NCBI GenBank assembly: GCA_964247135.1
Contig: CAXTTL010000003.1
Coordinates: 1 to 45,823 of the forward strand
DNA length: 45,823 nt
Source: an uncultured Deinococcales bacterium
GTDB lineage: Bacteria > Deinococcota > Deinococci > Deinococcales > JAAFIG01
Direction: 5' to 3'
Part shown: positions 18,909 to 31,505 of the stretch, piece by piece
Layout of the letters: each line of letters starts with the position of its first letter
Position numbering within the stretch: position 1 is the stretch's first letter
The notes under the pieces: generated by a model
What the model was told of the DNA's origin: nothing
The model's input: the letters and a program-made list of their open reading frames with translations, nothing else
Database searches by the model: none
Program-made: the position numbers and the translations under genes

Positions 18909-19304
18909 TCAGTTTAACCGTTGCCCTTTGCTAAACCAGAAGAAGATGTATCCCAGAATGGCTGCAAAGCACCATCCCATGCCTTGCGCCATGCCTTGCG
19001 GGATTTTGGGCGGGTTGGTCAGGATGCGCCACATGAAGCCTCCTGGCAGCAAGCCTCGGGTGTACAGAACGCCAAGTCCGACGTAAACCAGCAGGTACTC
19101 GAAAACGTAACGCATTCCAAGTTGACCACCGCCAGCGATCAGGGCGTTCACAAAATTGAGGGCGTAAATGCTGTGGGTGACGTTCATGATGCTCGAGTAA
19201 TACGGCGGTAATTCGGTTTTTTGAAGGTTGAGGAGCGCCAGGATGCACAAGCCCGCGAAGGCGACCAGAAGCACAATGCTGAGGGGAAGAATCAATCCTG
19301 CCAT
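18909..19304 (-). CDS. Small multi-pass membrane protein
   Basis: About four hydrophobic segments; leaderless-type TAGAAT-N6-ATG. Confidence 0.65.
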   Translation of the reverse strand: MAGLILPLSIVLLVAFAGLCILALLNLQKTELPPYYSSIMNVTHSIYALNFVNALIAGGGQLGMRYVFEYLLVYVGLGVLYTRGLLPGGFMWRILTNPPKIPQGMAQGMGWCFAAILGYIFFWFSKGQRLN

Positions 19305-19481
19305 GTGGGTATTCTATCGTTTTTCAGTGGCGGTGTTCACGGCTTAAAAATAACAACTCGAGCTTTGATTTTTGATTTCTCGAAAAACCCTGTGCCTGAC
19401 GTGTTTTTTTATTGCATCAAAACGCGTGCTGTACAACTTCCTCGAGAGAAGAATAATGCGTTCAGCACGCAAATAAATTGC

Positions 19482-19510
19482 TTGCAAGATCAGGTCTTGT
19501 GGGGTATAAT
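19482..19510 (+). promoter_or_regulatory. gyrB promoter
   Basis: TTGCAA-17 nt-TATAAT. Confidence 0.65.
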
Positions 19511-19564
19511 TCTGTTTCAGGCTAAAAGCAGTCTGAATTCAACGCACTCGAGCCTCGAGATTGA

Positions 19565-21700
<2,136 letters not shown>

Positions 21701-21774
21701 AAAGTATTGCTGTTGTGTCTCTCGGGTTTTTAAAGCTCGAGAGATTTTTTTGATTTGTGCAGTAATCTTGAGAC

Positions 21775-21942
21775 ATGAAAAAAGTTTTAAAACCAACCAA
21801 ACCAAAAATGTCGCTCGAACCGTCGGCGCGTGAGGCTCGAGAGAAACTTCTGGACTCGCTTCATGGCAAGTACGCAACGCCAGGGCGCTCACTTGCCGCC
21901 GAATTGCACGATGAGCGACAAGCTGAAGTGCGAAAAAAGTAA
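21775..21942 (+). CDS. Small protein resembling the C-terminal (toxin-binding) part of AbrB/VapB-type antitoxins
   Basis: 55 aa MKKVLKPT...GKYATPGRSLAAELHDERQAEVRKK; TAATCT-N6-ATG; below the ORF-track cutoff. Confidence 0.5.
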   Translation: MKKVLKPTKPKMSLEPSAREAREKLLDSLHGKYATPGRSLAAELHDERQAEVRKK

Positions 21943-22001
21943 CGGCTCGAGATTGCATGATTTGGGGCTTTCCTTGAATTGCTCGAGCAAGGAGTTTGAC
22001 C

Positions 22002-22277
22002 ATGCCTGAAGATTCTATTTGGGAATTTGAAAAAGCGAAATCCAGATTTTCCGAACTCGTAAAGCTTGCCGAACATGAACCTCAGATTGTGAGCAAAAAC
22101 GGAAAACCTATTGTGGCAGTCATCAATTTTGAGGATTATCAAAAATGGCAAGCCAGCAAAATGACCGCTTTCGAGGCATTGATGCCTCCAGTTGGTGGGA
22201 TTCTGACCGACGAAGAAGTGGATATTTTGTTTAAACGTGACCGTGACAATCGTTTACGGGAAATTGATTTTGAGTGA
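22002..22277 (+). CDS. Phd/YefM-family antitoxin (no adjacent toxin)
   Basis: WEFEKAKSRFSELVKLA-EPQIVSKNGKPIVAVI; RBS AAGGAG. Confidence 0.85.
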   Translation: MPEDSIWEFEKAKSRFSELVKLAEHEPQIVSKNGKPIVAVINFEDYQKWQASKMTAFEALMPPVGGILTDEEVDILFKRDRDNRLREIDFE

Positions 22278-22356
22278 TGAAATGATACGCAACGAACATC
22301 AACATTGAAAATTCAAACTCGAGATTCTCTGTCCGTTCAAAGGTAAACTAACCCCG

Positions 22357-23514
22357 ATGAACACCGTCACCCTTTCCGCTCGAGGCACTGAACGCCAAAA
22401 ATCTGGACATCCTTGGATTTACCGTTCCGACGTGAGCAGCGCACCCGAACAACCTGGGTTGTATGCGGTGAAAAGCGCGGCTGGAAAGCACTTGGGTTGG
22501 GCGGCGGTCAACAAAAAATCTGAGATCACGGTGCGGATGTTAACGCGGTTTGAGGCAGTTGCAGACGAGGCATTGCTTTTAAGACGACTCTCGAGCACGA
22601 TTGAAGCTCGAGTTCGTGCAAAGATTGACGCGGATTCGTACCGTGTGGTGCATTCGGACGCAGATGGACTGCCTGGTTTAACGATTGACAAGTACGCGGA
22701 TATTCTGGTGGTGCAAAGCAATTGCGCGGCGCTCGAGCCGTTCTTGGATGCGTTGCTCGAGGTGCTGATTGAACGGTTTAAACCTGTGGGTGTGCTTGCA
22801 CGGTTTGATTCAAAAACAAGGTTGCTCGAGGGTTTGGAGCAGAATGTTTTTGAGGCATTTGGTCGCGTTCCAGAATCAGTTATCGCTCGAGAGGGCAGCG
22901 TCAAGTTCTTGGTTGATCCGTGGCACGGGCAGAAAACAGGGGCGTTTCTGGATCAACGTGACAACCGCTTGGCGCTCGAGCGTTATGCCAAAGGAAACGC
23001 GCTGGATGTGTTCAGTTATCACGCGAGTTTTGGGCTGCACCTGGCGAAAGTTTGTGAATCTGTCGAATGCGTGGATTCCAGCGCGGCGGCACTCGAGCGC
23101 GGGGCAGAAAATGCGAAACTGAACAACCTCGAGAACATGAAATTCACCAATGCGAATGCCTTTGAATTCTTGCGTGAACGCGAACAAGCAAGTGCGAAGT
23201 ACCAAACCATCAGTTTAGACCCGCCGGCGCTTGCCAAAGCCCGCCGTGACCTCGACAGCGCGTACCGTGCGTACAAGGAAATCAACCTTCGCGCTTTAAA
23301 ACTGCTCGAGCCTGGAGGCATTCTTGGCACGGCAAGTTGCAGTTTTCATGTTTCTGAAAGCGATTTTTACATCATGCTGACCGACGCCGCCAAAGATTCG
23401 GGACGGAGTGTGCGCGTGCTCGAGCGGCGCGGGCAAAGTGCGGATCATCCCGAGTTGCTGCTCTTGCCCGAATCTCGGTACTTAAAATACGCGATTCTCG
23501 AGGTGATGGAATGA
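22357..23514 (+). CDS. RlmI-like PUA-domain class I SAM rRNA methyltransferase
   Basis: GHPWIYRSD, DADGLPGL, GQKTGAFLDQRDNR, LDPPA, SCS, YLK. Confidence 0.92.
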   Translation: MNTVTLSARGTERQKSGHPWIYRSDVSSAPEQPGLYAVKSAAGKHLGWAAVNKKSEITVRMLTRFEAVADEALLLRRLSSTIEARVRAKIDADSYRVVHSDADGLPGLTIDKYADILVVQSNCAALEPFLDALLEVLIERFKPVGVLARFDSKTRLLEGLEQNVFEAFGRVPESVIAREGSVKFLVDPWHGQKTGAFLDQRDNRLALERYAKGNALDVFSYHASFGLHLAKVCESVECVDSSAAALERGAENAKLNNLENMKFTNANAFEFLREREQASAKYQTISLDPPALAKARRDLDSAYRAYKEINLRALKLLEPGGILGTASCSFHVSESDFYIMLTDAAKDSGRSVRVLERRGQSADHPELLLLPESRYLKYAILEVME

Positions 23515-23933
23515 TGGAACTTTCCAAAGACCCGCGCTCGAGTTTTTCGCATGTGATTACGGTTGTCCAAGCTGACTTGGATGAACTCGGGCATGTCAAC
23601 AACGCGGTCTACTTGAGGTTTATGGAAGACACGGCTCGAGCGCACTCGCTTCATATCGGCATGGGTTTACCCGTAATGCAATCGCACGGGGTTGTGCCAG
23701 TGGCGCGAAAGACCATCATCACCTACCACCGTCCGGCGTTACTGGGCGACCAACTCGAGATTTCCACGTTCACCAACAACAGGGGCGTGCGGGCGTACCG
23801 GCGTTACGAGATTCGCTTTTTGGATGGGCGTTTGGCGGTCGAGGCAGACACCGAATGGGTTTGGGTTGACCCGATTCGGATGCGTCCAAAAAATCCACCA
23901 AAGCCCGTGCTCGAGGCGTTTGGTTTAGCGTGA
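23511..23933 (+). CDS. Acyl-CoA thioesterase (4HBT hotdog fold)
   Basis: DLDELGHVNNAVYLRFME. Confidence 0.9.
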   Translation: MMELSKDPRSSFSHVITVVQADLDELGHVNNAVYLRFMEDTARAHSLHIGMGLPVMQSHGVVPVARKTIITYHRPALLGDQLEISTFTNNRGVRAYRRYEIRFLDGRLAVEADTEWVWVDPIRMRPKNPPKPVLEAFGLA

Positions 23934-23983
23934 ATCACTTAGGGGATGGTCTTGGACCATCCCTTACAACAAGGAAGGCAGAT

Positions 23984-24598
23984 ATGATTTTTTCAAAACA
24001 CCAACGGATTGTTTTTGACGGCGACAGCATCACCGACGCGGGGCGTGACCGCAACGATTTTGACTCGTATGGCTTCGGCTACGTGGCGCTGGTAATCGAG
24101 CATTTGCAAACGCACCACGCGAATCTCGAGTTGCAATTCTTAAATCGTGGCGTGGGTGGTGACACGACCCGCAACTTGCTGATGCGTTTTGACCGTGACA
24201 TTGTGGCACATAAACCGGACTGGGTTTCGATGGCGATTGGGGTCAATGATGTCTGGCGGTTTTTTGATGATCGTCCGAACGATGCGGTCTTGATTGATGA
24301 ATTTGAAGCCAATTACCGAAAATTGCTCGAGCCTCTGCGTGGCAAAGCGGGTTTGATTCTGGTTTCACCATTTTTGATCGAACCCAACCTTCAAGACCCA
24401 TTTCGTGCTCGGTTGGATGAGTACGCGCTCGTGGTCAAACGTTTGGCGCTCGAGTTTGGGGCGGTGTTTGTGCCGTTCCAGGAGGCGTTTGATGCCAGTT
24501 CGCTCGAGCCGTCGGCATTCAGTGATGACCGCGTGCATCCGACTGAAGCTGGTTCAAGGTTGATGGCACAAACCTTTTTGCGTACCATTGGCGCTTAA
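23984..24598 (+). CDS. SGNH/GDSL hydrolase
   Basis: GDSIT, NRGVGG, IGVND, DRVHP; start placed at MIFSK after AAGGAAGG. Confidence 0.9.
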   Translation: MIFSKHQRIVFDGDSITDAGRDRNDFDSYGFGYVALVIEHLQTHHANLELQFLNRGVGGDTTRNLLMRFDRDIVAHKPDWVSMAIGVNDVWRFFDDRPNDAVLIDEFEANYRKLLEPLRGKAGLILVSPFLIEPNLQDPFRARLDEYALVVKRLALEFGAVFVPFQEAFDASSLEPSAFSDDRVHPTEAGSRLMAQTFLRTIGA

Positions 24599-24647
24599 GA
24601 CCTGTACTCGAGTTGATACAACGCGCTCAATCGGCTAGTTTGAAACC

Positions 24648-25898
24648 ATGAAAATCTCGAGCTTCGTGTCTTTGGCGTTGTTGAGTGCCGGCGTGCTTAT
24701 CTTGGGTTTGGTGGTGGCTCGAGCACCCGCACACGCCCAAGCGACACCATCGGGTTTTACGGTGGTGAACAACGATGGGGCGCTGGATGCGGGTCGTCCA
24801 AGTTTGGTGATGACCAAGAAAAATGTTTTGATGGTCGCGTTTATCGAAACCGTGAATGGTGTCTACAACGCCTTCGTCAAACGCTGGAACGGCAAAACCT
24901 GGGAAGGCGTGGGAACGTCGCTGAATGTGAACAAGAATTTTAATTCCTTCGATGTGACCCTCAAGCTCGATCACAACGATTCGCCGGTGGTGGCTTGGAC
25001 GGAACGCAGCAACATCAACAAGGGCAAAGCCAGTGGTCCCGGCAAAATTTACGTGGCGCGTTGGACAGGAAAAAGTTGGCAGCAATTTGGAAATAGCCCC
25101 AGCAAGTCCAAAAACTCCGCGCCAGACAACCCGATCCTCGCCATTGACGCTCAAAGTTATCCGTTGTTGGGCTTCAGCGAGGTATCCCCCGATGGCAACG
25201 TGGACGATTTTCTGGTCAAACGCTGGGACGGCAAGGCGTGGCAAGTGATCGACAAGGGGTCACTGAGTGCCGACATGAGCGATTCGAGCCGCTCGAGGGA
25301 CATTGGCGTGACCAAATCGGGCACGGCGATTCTGACGTACTCTCGAGCCTATTTTGTGCCTGGGGTGGGGCGCACCGATTTTAATGTTTTTGCTGGCACT
25401 TGGACGGGCAAAGCTTGGAATAAGTTTGGTGGTAAGTCTTTAAATATGGACAACAACCATTACGCGGGCATGATCGCCATGCAGCTCGATGCCGAGGATC
25501 GACCGGTGATTGCCTGGGCGGAGGCGAACAAGGGTTTTGATGTCAGCGTCAAGCGGTTTGATGGTAAAACCTGGCAGCCTTTTGGCAACACGGTCAACGG
25601 TGAAACGGGCGCGGCGAGCAACCCGAAAATTGCCTTGAATGCGGGTGGCAATCCAACGGTGGCTTGGATCGAAAGCACGATGGTCGATAACGTCTTGGTG
25701 CGTTCCTGGAACGGCGAGGCGTGGCTCAGTGTTGGCAGTCAGATCAAAATCGATCCCAAGAACAACGCCGATTCGTGCAGCATTGTGCTCGATTCGACCG
25801 GCAACCCGATCATCGCCTGGCGCGAGGGTCTAAAAAAGTCGCATCGGGTTTTGATCAGGCGCTTTGACTCTCAGTCTTGGGGGTCACTCGAGCGATAA
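24648..25898 (+). CDS. Secreted beta-propeller repeat protein
   Basis: Signal peptide; about seven repeats of P-V-(V/I)AW...V(K/R)RW(N/D)GxxW. Confidence 0.8.
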   Translation: MKISSFVSLALLSAGVLILGLVVARAPAHAQATPSGFTVVNNDGALDAGRPSLVMTKKNVLMVAFIETVNGVYNAFVKRWNGKTWEGVGTSLNVNKNFNSFDVTLKLDHNDSPVVAWTERSNINKGKASGPGKIYVARWTGKSWQQFGNSPSKSKNSAPDNPILAIDAQSYPLLGFSEVSPDGNVDDFLVKRWDGKAWQVIDKGSLSADMSDSSRSRDIGVTKSGTAILTYSRAYFVPGVGRTDFNVFAGTWTGKAWNKFGGKSLNMDNNHYAGMIAMQLDAEDRPVIAWAEANKGFDVSVKRFDGKTWQPFGNTVNGETGAASNPKIALNAGGNPTVAWIESTMVDNVLVRSWNGEAWLSVGSQIKIDPKNNADSCSIVLDSTGNPIIAWREGLKKSHRVLIRRFDSQSWGSLER

Positions 25899-25953
25899 AT
25901 CTGGTTAGGTTAGACTTCTCGAATTTTCCGCAATTTCACGCATAATAAAAGCC

Positions 25954-28887
25954 ATGCTTCGGCTACTCGGCACACCGCGCTTTGAAGGCACCCAAACCGG
26001 CGAACTCTCGCTCGAGCGACCGCTGTGGTTGGTGGCGTTCCTGGCGGCTCGAGAAACCTGGGTGTCGCGCGAAGAATTGGTCTTGCTGTTCTGGTCCGAA
26101 GCCGATGAGGCGTCGGGGCGCCAGAGTTTACGTCAATTGCTCTACCGCGCCAGAAGTTTGGTCTTTGGGCAACACCTCGAGACTGAGACGCTGCGGGTAC
26201 GTTACAACGGCGCGAGTGACATTGCCCTGTTTAAAAAAGCCTTGCATCTTCAGGATTGGGCGGCGGCGCTCGAGTTGTACACGGCTGAGTTTTTGCTGAA
26301 CATCAACCCTGCGGGTTCGCTCGAGTTTGAATCCTGGCTCGAGTTTGAACGCGAGGAATTGCAATCGGGTTGGCGCAACGCGGTCTTGCAACGGGCGGCG
26401 CAACTGGAAGGCTTGAACGAATTTGTGGCGGGTTTTCAATGCCTGGACACCGCGTTAAAGCACGATCCTTTAAACGATGAATTCGTGCGTGCCATGCTGA
26501 AATTGGCGAGGAGTGCCAAACTCGAGCAGGTCGGTTTGAGTATTTTTGAACGCTTCGGGCGCGAGTTTAAACACGTGCTCGAGCTGGACGTGCCAGAGGA
26601 CATTCGTGAATTGGCTTCCAATTTGCGCACCGGTTTGAACCCCTTGCCAATTGCTGAGAATACCTTGCCGCGCGAAGCCAAAACATTGTCAAGCCAGAAC
26701 AGCCTGCCCATCAACATGACGGCTTTCGTCGGGCGGCAAAACGAGTTGCTCGAGGTGCGAAAGCGTGTCCTTGACCCAGAATGTCGCCTGCTGACTTTGG
26801 TTGGCGCGGGCGGAATTGGCAAAACCCGTTTGGCGCTCGAGGTCGCCAGGCAATCGGAAAACGAATTTCGAGATGGCGTGATCTTCGTTTCACTCGCGCC
26901 ACTCGAGAATCCGGCGCTGCTTGAAGCCACGATTCTTGAGGCGCTCGGTTTGAAAATTGCCGGTGATAAGGCGCAACAACAACTCATTGAAAACCTGCGC
27001 GACAAAAACTTGCTGTTGGTGCTCGACAATTTCGAGCACCTTCTCGAAGTCAGCAATGTGGTCAGCATCATCCTCGAGCACGCCCTGGGTGTCCGGGTGC
27101 TCGCCACCAGCCGCGAAGCGCTGGGCTTGCGCGGCGAATGGGTGATCGAACTCGAGGGGCTGCCGAGTCCAGACCATTTCAGTGCGCTGGAAAGCCAAGA
27201 CGCCGCCAACCTCTTTGGCACCAGCGCCCGCCGCGTCAACAGCGCTTTTAAGCTCGAGCTTGGCGACCTGCCAGATTTTTCGCGCATCTGCAAAGCCGTG
27301 GCGGGAATGCCGCTCGGACTCGAGATCGCCTCGAGTTGGACGCGCGTTTTGTCCTTGGGCGAGATTGCCGAGGAACTCGAGCGCGACCCCGATTCGCTCG
27401 AGATTTCATCGCGCGACCTGCCAATGCGGCAACGCAGCCTGCGGGCGGTGTTTGAACATTCCTGGAATTTACTGCGCCCCGTTGAGCAAGCCATTCTGGC
27501 ACGGTTGTCGGTCTTCAGGGGCGGTTTTGACCGCGATGCTGCGCTGGAAGTTGCTGGGGCGCGACTGCCGAGTTTGCTGGCGTTGGTGCAAAAATCCTTG
27601 GTGCAAAAAAATCCCGAAAAACGTTTTGAACTTCACAGCATCGTGCGCCAATATTCTGAACGTAAACTCGAGGTTGGCGAGCGTCAGGGCACCCTGGCAA
27701 AACACGCTCAGTATTACCTCAAAAACCTCGAGCAGGCGGGGCGCGGTCTGGTCGGACCGCAAATGCAACTCGTGCTTGAAGCCATCAACCTCGAGCATGA
27801 CAACTTTCGCGCCGCGCTCGAGTTTGGACTTCAATTCGACCCCGTTGGCGGCGCAAAAATGTGTCACAACCTCGAATCGTTCTGGTATGTGCGCGGGCAT
27901 CATACCGAAGGGCTAACCTGGGCGAAACGTTACCTCGAGCATCCAGATTTGCAGCAACCCGACGCCACCCGCGTCAAAATTCTGTTTTGCGCCTCGAGCC
28001 TGTCCAAAGAACTCGGCTATTACCAGGACGCAAGGGCTTGGAGTTTGGAACGCCTGATGCTCTGTCAACAACTGGGTGATGCGGCGGGTGAAGCCAAGAC
28101 CGAGCGCTTTTTGGGCGTGCTCGCCCGCGAACAAGGGAACCTCGCCGAAGCCCGCGAGCGCCTGGAACGCGCCGTGGCGCAAAGCCAAGACCTGAACGAG
28201 CCGATGGAACACTCGATAGCTTATAACGACCTTGGCATCGTGTATGCCTACCAAGACGAGCCTTTAAAAGCCCAAGATTGCTTTCAAAAAAGCCTGTCCA
28301 TCAAACGCGAGCTGGGCGACCAGCAAGGCATCGCCTACGCTCTGGGCAACCTCGCGCAGATCGCTTTTGAGCTGGGCAATATTGAGCACGCGCACCATAT
28401 CGAACTCGAGAGTCTGGCGTTAAAACGCGAACTGGGCGACCTGCAAGGCATCGCCAACTCGCTCGCCAATTTGGGTCAAAACGCCCTGAACGACAACGAT
28501 TACGACCAAGCCAGAAGTTACTTCGATGAAAGCCTGAGCATTTTACGCAGTCTCGGCAGGCGCTTTACCATCGGCGAGCTGTTCCAAAGTTACGTCGAAC
28601 TGGCACGGCGCGAAGGGCAATTTGAACGCAGCGTGCGCTTGATTGGCGCGATCCGCAACCTGGACCGCAGCCTCGGGGCGCAAATCAGACCCGAAAAACA
28701 AGAAAAACACGAACGTATTCTGAACGAGGCTCGAGCGCACCTGGACAACCCCAAGCTCGAGCAAGTGAAATCTGAGGGCGAGAACGCCAATCTGGACACC
28801 ATGATCGCTTACGCCCTGCGCGAACCCGAGATCAAACAACGCCGCTCGAGCGAGGTGAGAGCTGGTGTCAGCCCACTGATCGGTTGA
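25954..28887 (+). CDS. SARP-type regulator: N-terminal wHTH + BTAD, STAND ATPase, TPRs
   Basis: LRLLGTP, REELVLLFW, LRQLLYR; GAGGIGKT; LLVLDNFEH; GMPLGLEIA; C-terminal TPRs. Confidence 0.92.
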   Translation: MLRLLGTPRFEGTQTGELSLERPLWLVAFLAARETWVSREELVLLFWSEADEASGRQSLRQLLYRARSLVFGQHLETETLRVRYNGASDIALFKKALHLQDWAAALELYTAEFLLNINPAGSLEFESWLEFEREELQSGWRNAVLQRAAQLEGLNEFVAGFQCLDTALKHDPLNDEFVRAMLKLARSAKLEQVGLSIFERFGREFKHVLELDVPEDIRELASNLRTGLNPLPIAENTLPREAKTLSSQNSLPINMTAFVGRQNELLEVRKRVLDPECRLLTLVGAGGIGKTRLALEVARQSENEFRDGVIFVSLAPLENPALLEATILEALGLKIAGDKAQQQLIENLRDKNLLLVLDNFEHLLEVSNVVSIILEHALGVRVLATSREALGLRGEWVIELEGLPSPDHFSALESQDAANLFGTSARRVNSAFKLELGDLPDFSRICKAVAGMPLGLEIASSWTRVLSLGEIAEELERDPDSLEISSRDLPMRQRSLRAVFEHSWNLLRPVEQAILARLSVFRGGFDRDAALEVAGARLPSLLALVQKSLVQKNPEKRFELHSIVRQYSERKLEVGERQGTLAKHAQYYLKNLEQAGRGLVGPQMQLVLEAINLEHDNFRAALEFGLQFDPVGGAKMCHNLESFWYVRGHHTEGLTWAKRYLEHPDLQQPDATRVKILFCASSLSKELGYYQDARAWSLERLMLCQQLGDAAGEAKTERFLGVLAREQGNLAEARERLERAVAQSQDLNEPMEHSIAYNDLGIVYAYQDEPLKAQDCFQKSLSIKRELGDQQGIAYALGNLAQIAFELGNIEHAHHIELESLALKRELGDLQGIANSLANLGQNALNDNDYDQARSYFDESLSILRSLGRRFTIGELFQSYVELARREGQFERSVRLIGAIRNLDRSLGAQIRPEKQEKHERILNEARAHLDNPKLEQVKSEGENANLDTMIAYALREPEIKQRRSSEVRAGVSPLIG

Positions 28888-28911
28888 TCTGCGTGCTGTA
28901 AACTTGAGGGC

Positions 28912-30669
28912 ATGATTAAAAATATGCTCACTCGAGCCGGCATTTTAAGTGTTGTGGTTCTGGCAGCTTTGGCTGTGGCGCAAGTGGCAACGGTCATGAC
29001 GGTCAATGACCAACCTGTCCTGAGCACCGAGTTGGACAGAATCAAAACCCAGAATCAACTTTTTGCAACCCCAACCAAAGGTTTTGTCAAGACAGACCTG
29101 AATAACCTGCTGGTCAATCAACTGATTTTGGTGACGGCTGCGCGTCAAGATGCAAATAACGCAGAAATCAGTGAAGATCAGGTCAACCAGTACATCATTG
29201 ACCTTCGCAGGCAACGCGGGATCGAAACGGATGCAGATTACACAACATTTTTGCAATCGGTTGGCTATAACCAAATCGATTTTCGTGAGGCTGTTATGAC
29301 GCAATTAAAACTCACCAATCGCATCGAAGAAATCCAAAAAGGCGAAGATGTCTCCGATGTCGAACTGGAACTTTACTTTGAACTGTACAAAAACAATTAT
29401 GCCATTCCAGCCAGCATTCAAGCGCGTCAAATTGTGGTTGCGAGCCTGAAAGAAGCCCAACAAATTTTAAAAAGCCTCAAAGCGGGTGCAAACTTTGCCG
29501 CCCTGGCTCGAGCAAAATCGTTTCTGGGCAGCAAGCAAGACGGTGCGATTGCTGCCAAACCTGGCGAGACAACACCGCAAGCCATTGGCAAATTTGAATT
29601 GCCCAAAGTTCTTGCCGATGCCGCATTTGGACTTCAGAAAACCGGTGTGACCGGCATTATCGCTTTTGCAAATCGGTTTTATATTATTAAAGTCGAAAAA
29701 TTCACTGCCGAGCGCACTCCCAGCTTTCAAGAGGCGATCACCAAACTCGAGGCTGACGGCAAAACCAACAAACTCCGAACAGATGCTCAAACCGTCAAAA
29801 GCAACGGCGCCATTGAAAACTGGGTTCTGGACTTACAACGCGGCGCCATCATCAACATTCCTGAAGGCTCAAACCTCGAGTTTTATGACCCTGTGGTGGC
29901 TCGAGTTGAAGGCACTGACATAATGCTGTCCGAATTAAACCGTGTCGTGTACAGCAATCAACAGATTGTTCAATTCTTGTCCCAGACAGATGGCTCATCG
30001 GTGCTTCGGGGGTTTTTAAAACCACAAAGTTTGAATAACCTGATTGACCAAGCGGTGGCGCTCGAGCTTGCCAGAAAACTTGATTTGCCATTTATTGGTG
30101 CTGCTGCCGATGTGTTTGATGCGGTTAAGCGTTACCAAGTTCGGAATGTCAAAATGACCGAAGCCGAAGCCAAAGTTTTTTATCAAAACAACCTTAACGC
30201 TTATAAAGTACGTGCTCGTGCCGACTTGACCAGCATCACCTTCAGAAATCAAAAAGCCGCAGAACAATTTCGGGCGGCACTCAAAAAACCCCGAGAAACA
30301 CTTTCAAAGCTTGCCAGTCGTTTTAAAGGTACGCTCAACGAATTGGGAACAACCGAGTCAATTGATATTCCCTTTGGTGCCCTCAATGCAATTTTCAACA
30401 CCAAGCTCGGTGCTTCAAAATTTGGCGCGTATACGACCACCCTCAAAATTGGCTCGGGTTTTGTGGTGTACGTGGTTAACAACTTGAAAGCAAGGCAAAC
30501 CCCTCCATTTGCCGAAATTAAATCGCTTGTGACCGCGCAAGCTTTGGCAGAAAAACAAGCCCATGCAGGAGAAAATGCGATTAAAGACGCACGCAAAACC
30601 CTGCAAATCAAAAATTTCTTGGACGCCGTGACCCAAGAATCTGAAACTTTGGGAAACCGTAAACCCTAA
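28912..30669 (+). CDS. SurA/PrsA-like peptidylprolyl isomerase (foldase)
   Basis: Signal peptide, SurA-N-like region, parvulin motif ARQIVV..GANFAALARAKS; duplicated architecture. Confidence 0.8.
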   Translation: MIKNMLTRAGILSVVVLAALAVAQVATVMTVNDQPVLSTELDRIKTQNQLFATPTKGFVKTDLNNLLVNQLILVTAARQDANNAEISEDQVNQYIIDLRRQRGIETDADYTTFLQSVGYNQIDFREAVMTQLKLTNRIEEIQKGEDVSDVELELYFELYKNNYAIPASIQARQIVVASLKEAQQILKSLKAGANFAALARAKSFLGSKQDGAIAAKPGETTPQAIGKFELPKVLADAAFGLQKTGVTGIIAFANRFYIIKVEKFTAERTPSFQEAITKLEADGKTNKLRTDAQTVKSNGAIENWVLDLQRGAIINIPEGSNLEFYDPVVARVEGTDIMLSELNRVVYSNQQIVQFLSQTDGSSVLRGFLKPQSLNNLIDQAVALELARKLDLPFIGAAADVFDAVKRYQVRNVKMTEAEAKVFYQNNLNAYKVRARADLTSITFRNQKAAEQFRAALKKPRETLSKLASRFKGTLNELGTTESIDIPFGALNAIFNTKLGASKFGAYTTTLKIGSGFVVYVVNNLKARQTPPFAEIKSLVTAQALAEKQAHAGENAIKDARKTLQIKNFLDAVTQESETLGNRKP

Positions 30670-30744
30670 CCAACCCAAGTCCAACTCGAGAAGGTAGGTG
30701 TGGTGGCTTCTTCTTGATCCCAAGACGCACCTGACGGGCGGGAT

Positions 30745-31487
30745 CGCTACCAACTCAAAAACGGTTGCAATTGGAATGACCTACCCAGGGATTTACCACC
30801 GTACTCCACGGTGTACTGGCATTACAAACAATGGCGAGATGATGGTACGCTCGAGATCATCCTGCAAAAATTGCATGAATTGGTACGGCTCAAAGCTCAA
30901 AAAAACCGAAGTGGACGAGGTTGATGCTGGTTGACTCTCAAGCCGTGAAGAACACTTGCAATGCCAGTATTGAAAGCAAAGGCTTTTGTCATTACAAAGC
31001 CACGAATGGGATCAAACGACATTTGGCAGTGGATACGCTCGGATTTCCTTTTTTCACGCACTGTACGAAAGCGAGTGTGTCTGACGATCAAGGATTGATT
31101 CAAATGTTCGAGAAGAACATCGAGTATTTCAAAAGCAAACCTGTGAACATTGCCAAGATCACGATTTTGTTGGATTACGGATATCACTTGGAAACGATCA
31201 AAGCTGGGCTGGTCAAGGTTTATCCAAGTATTTTGAGTAAGGTTCGTTTTGAGCAGTCTGAAAAGCCTTCAAAGGCTCAGAAGCGAGCCTTGGGAAAATC
31301 TGGGTTTGTGCCTGCGAAATGGCGTTGGGTGATTGAACGGTCGAATGCTTGGGTGGAGCGGTGCAAGAGCTTGGTCAAGAACTTCGAGTGGAGTCTGGCG
31401 AATGCGACGGCGAAATTGAATTTGTGTTTTATTCGGTTGATGTTGAAGCGCTTGGCAGCATCATGAAAAGATACCAAATAGGTTCTA
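30745..31487 (+). mobile_element. 5'-truncated IS5-family element (two ORFs joined by -1 frameshift)
   Basis: orfA remnant YQLKNGCNWNDLPRDLPPYSTVYWHYKQW; A7 slippery site 30899-30905; orfB DSQAVKN, KRHLAVDTLG, RWVIERSNAW; putative right end ..ATACCAAATAGGTTCTA; no left end. Confidence 0.85.
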
Positions 31488-31505
31488 TAGCAGGTGTCCT
31501 TGTGT

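Noticed and set aside
19510-19526. RDRM-like TTCTGTTTCAGGCTAAA at the gyrB promoter
   Set aside because: Left half fits and gyrB is DdrO-regulated in Deinococcus, but the right half has two mismatches; not supportable without a PWM.
22274-22330. Possible PIN-toxin remnant after the Phd antitoxin
   Set aside because: Too short and degenerate to recognise a DTN motif.
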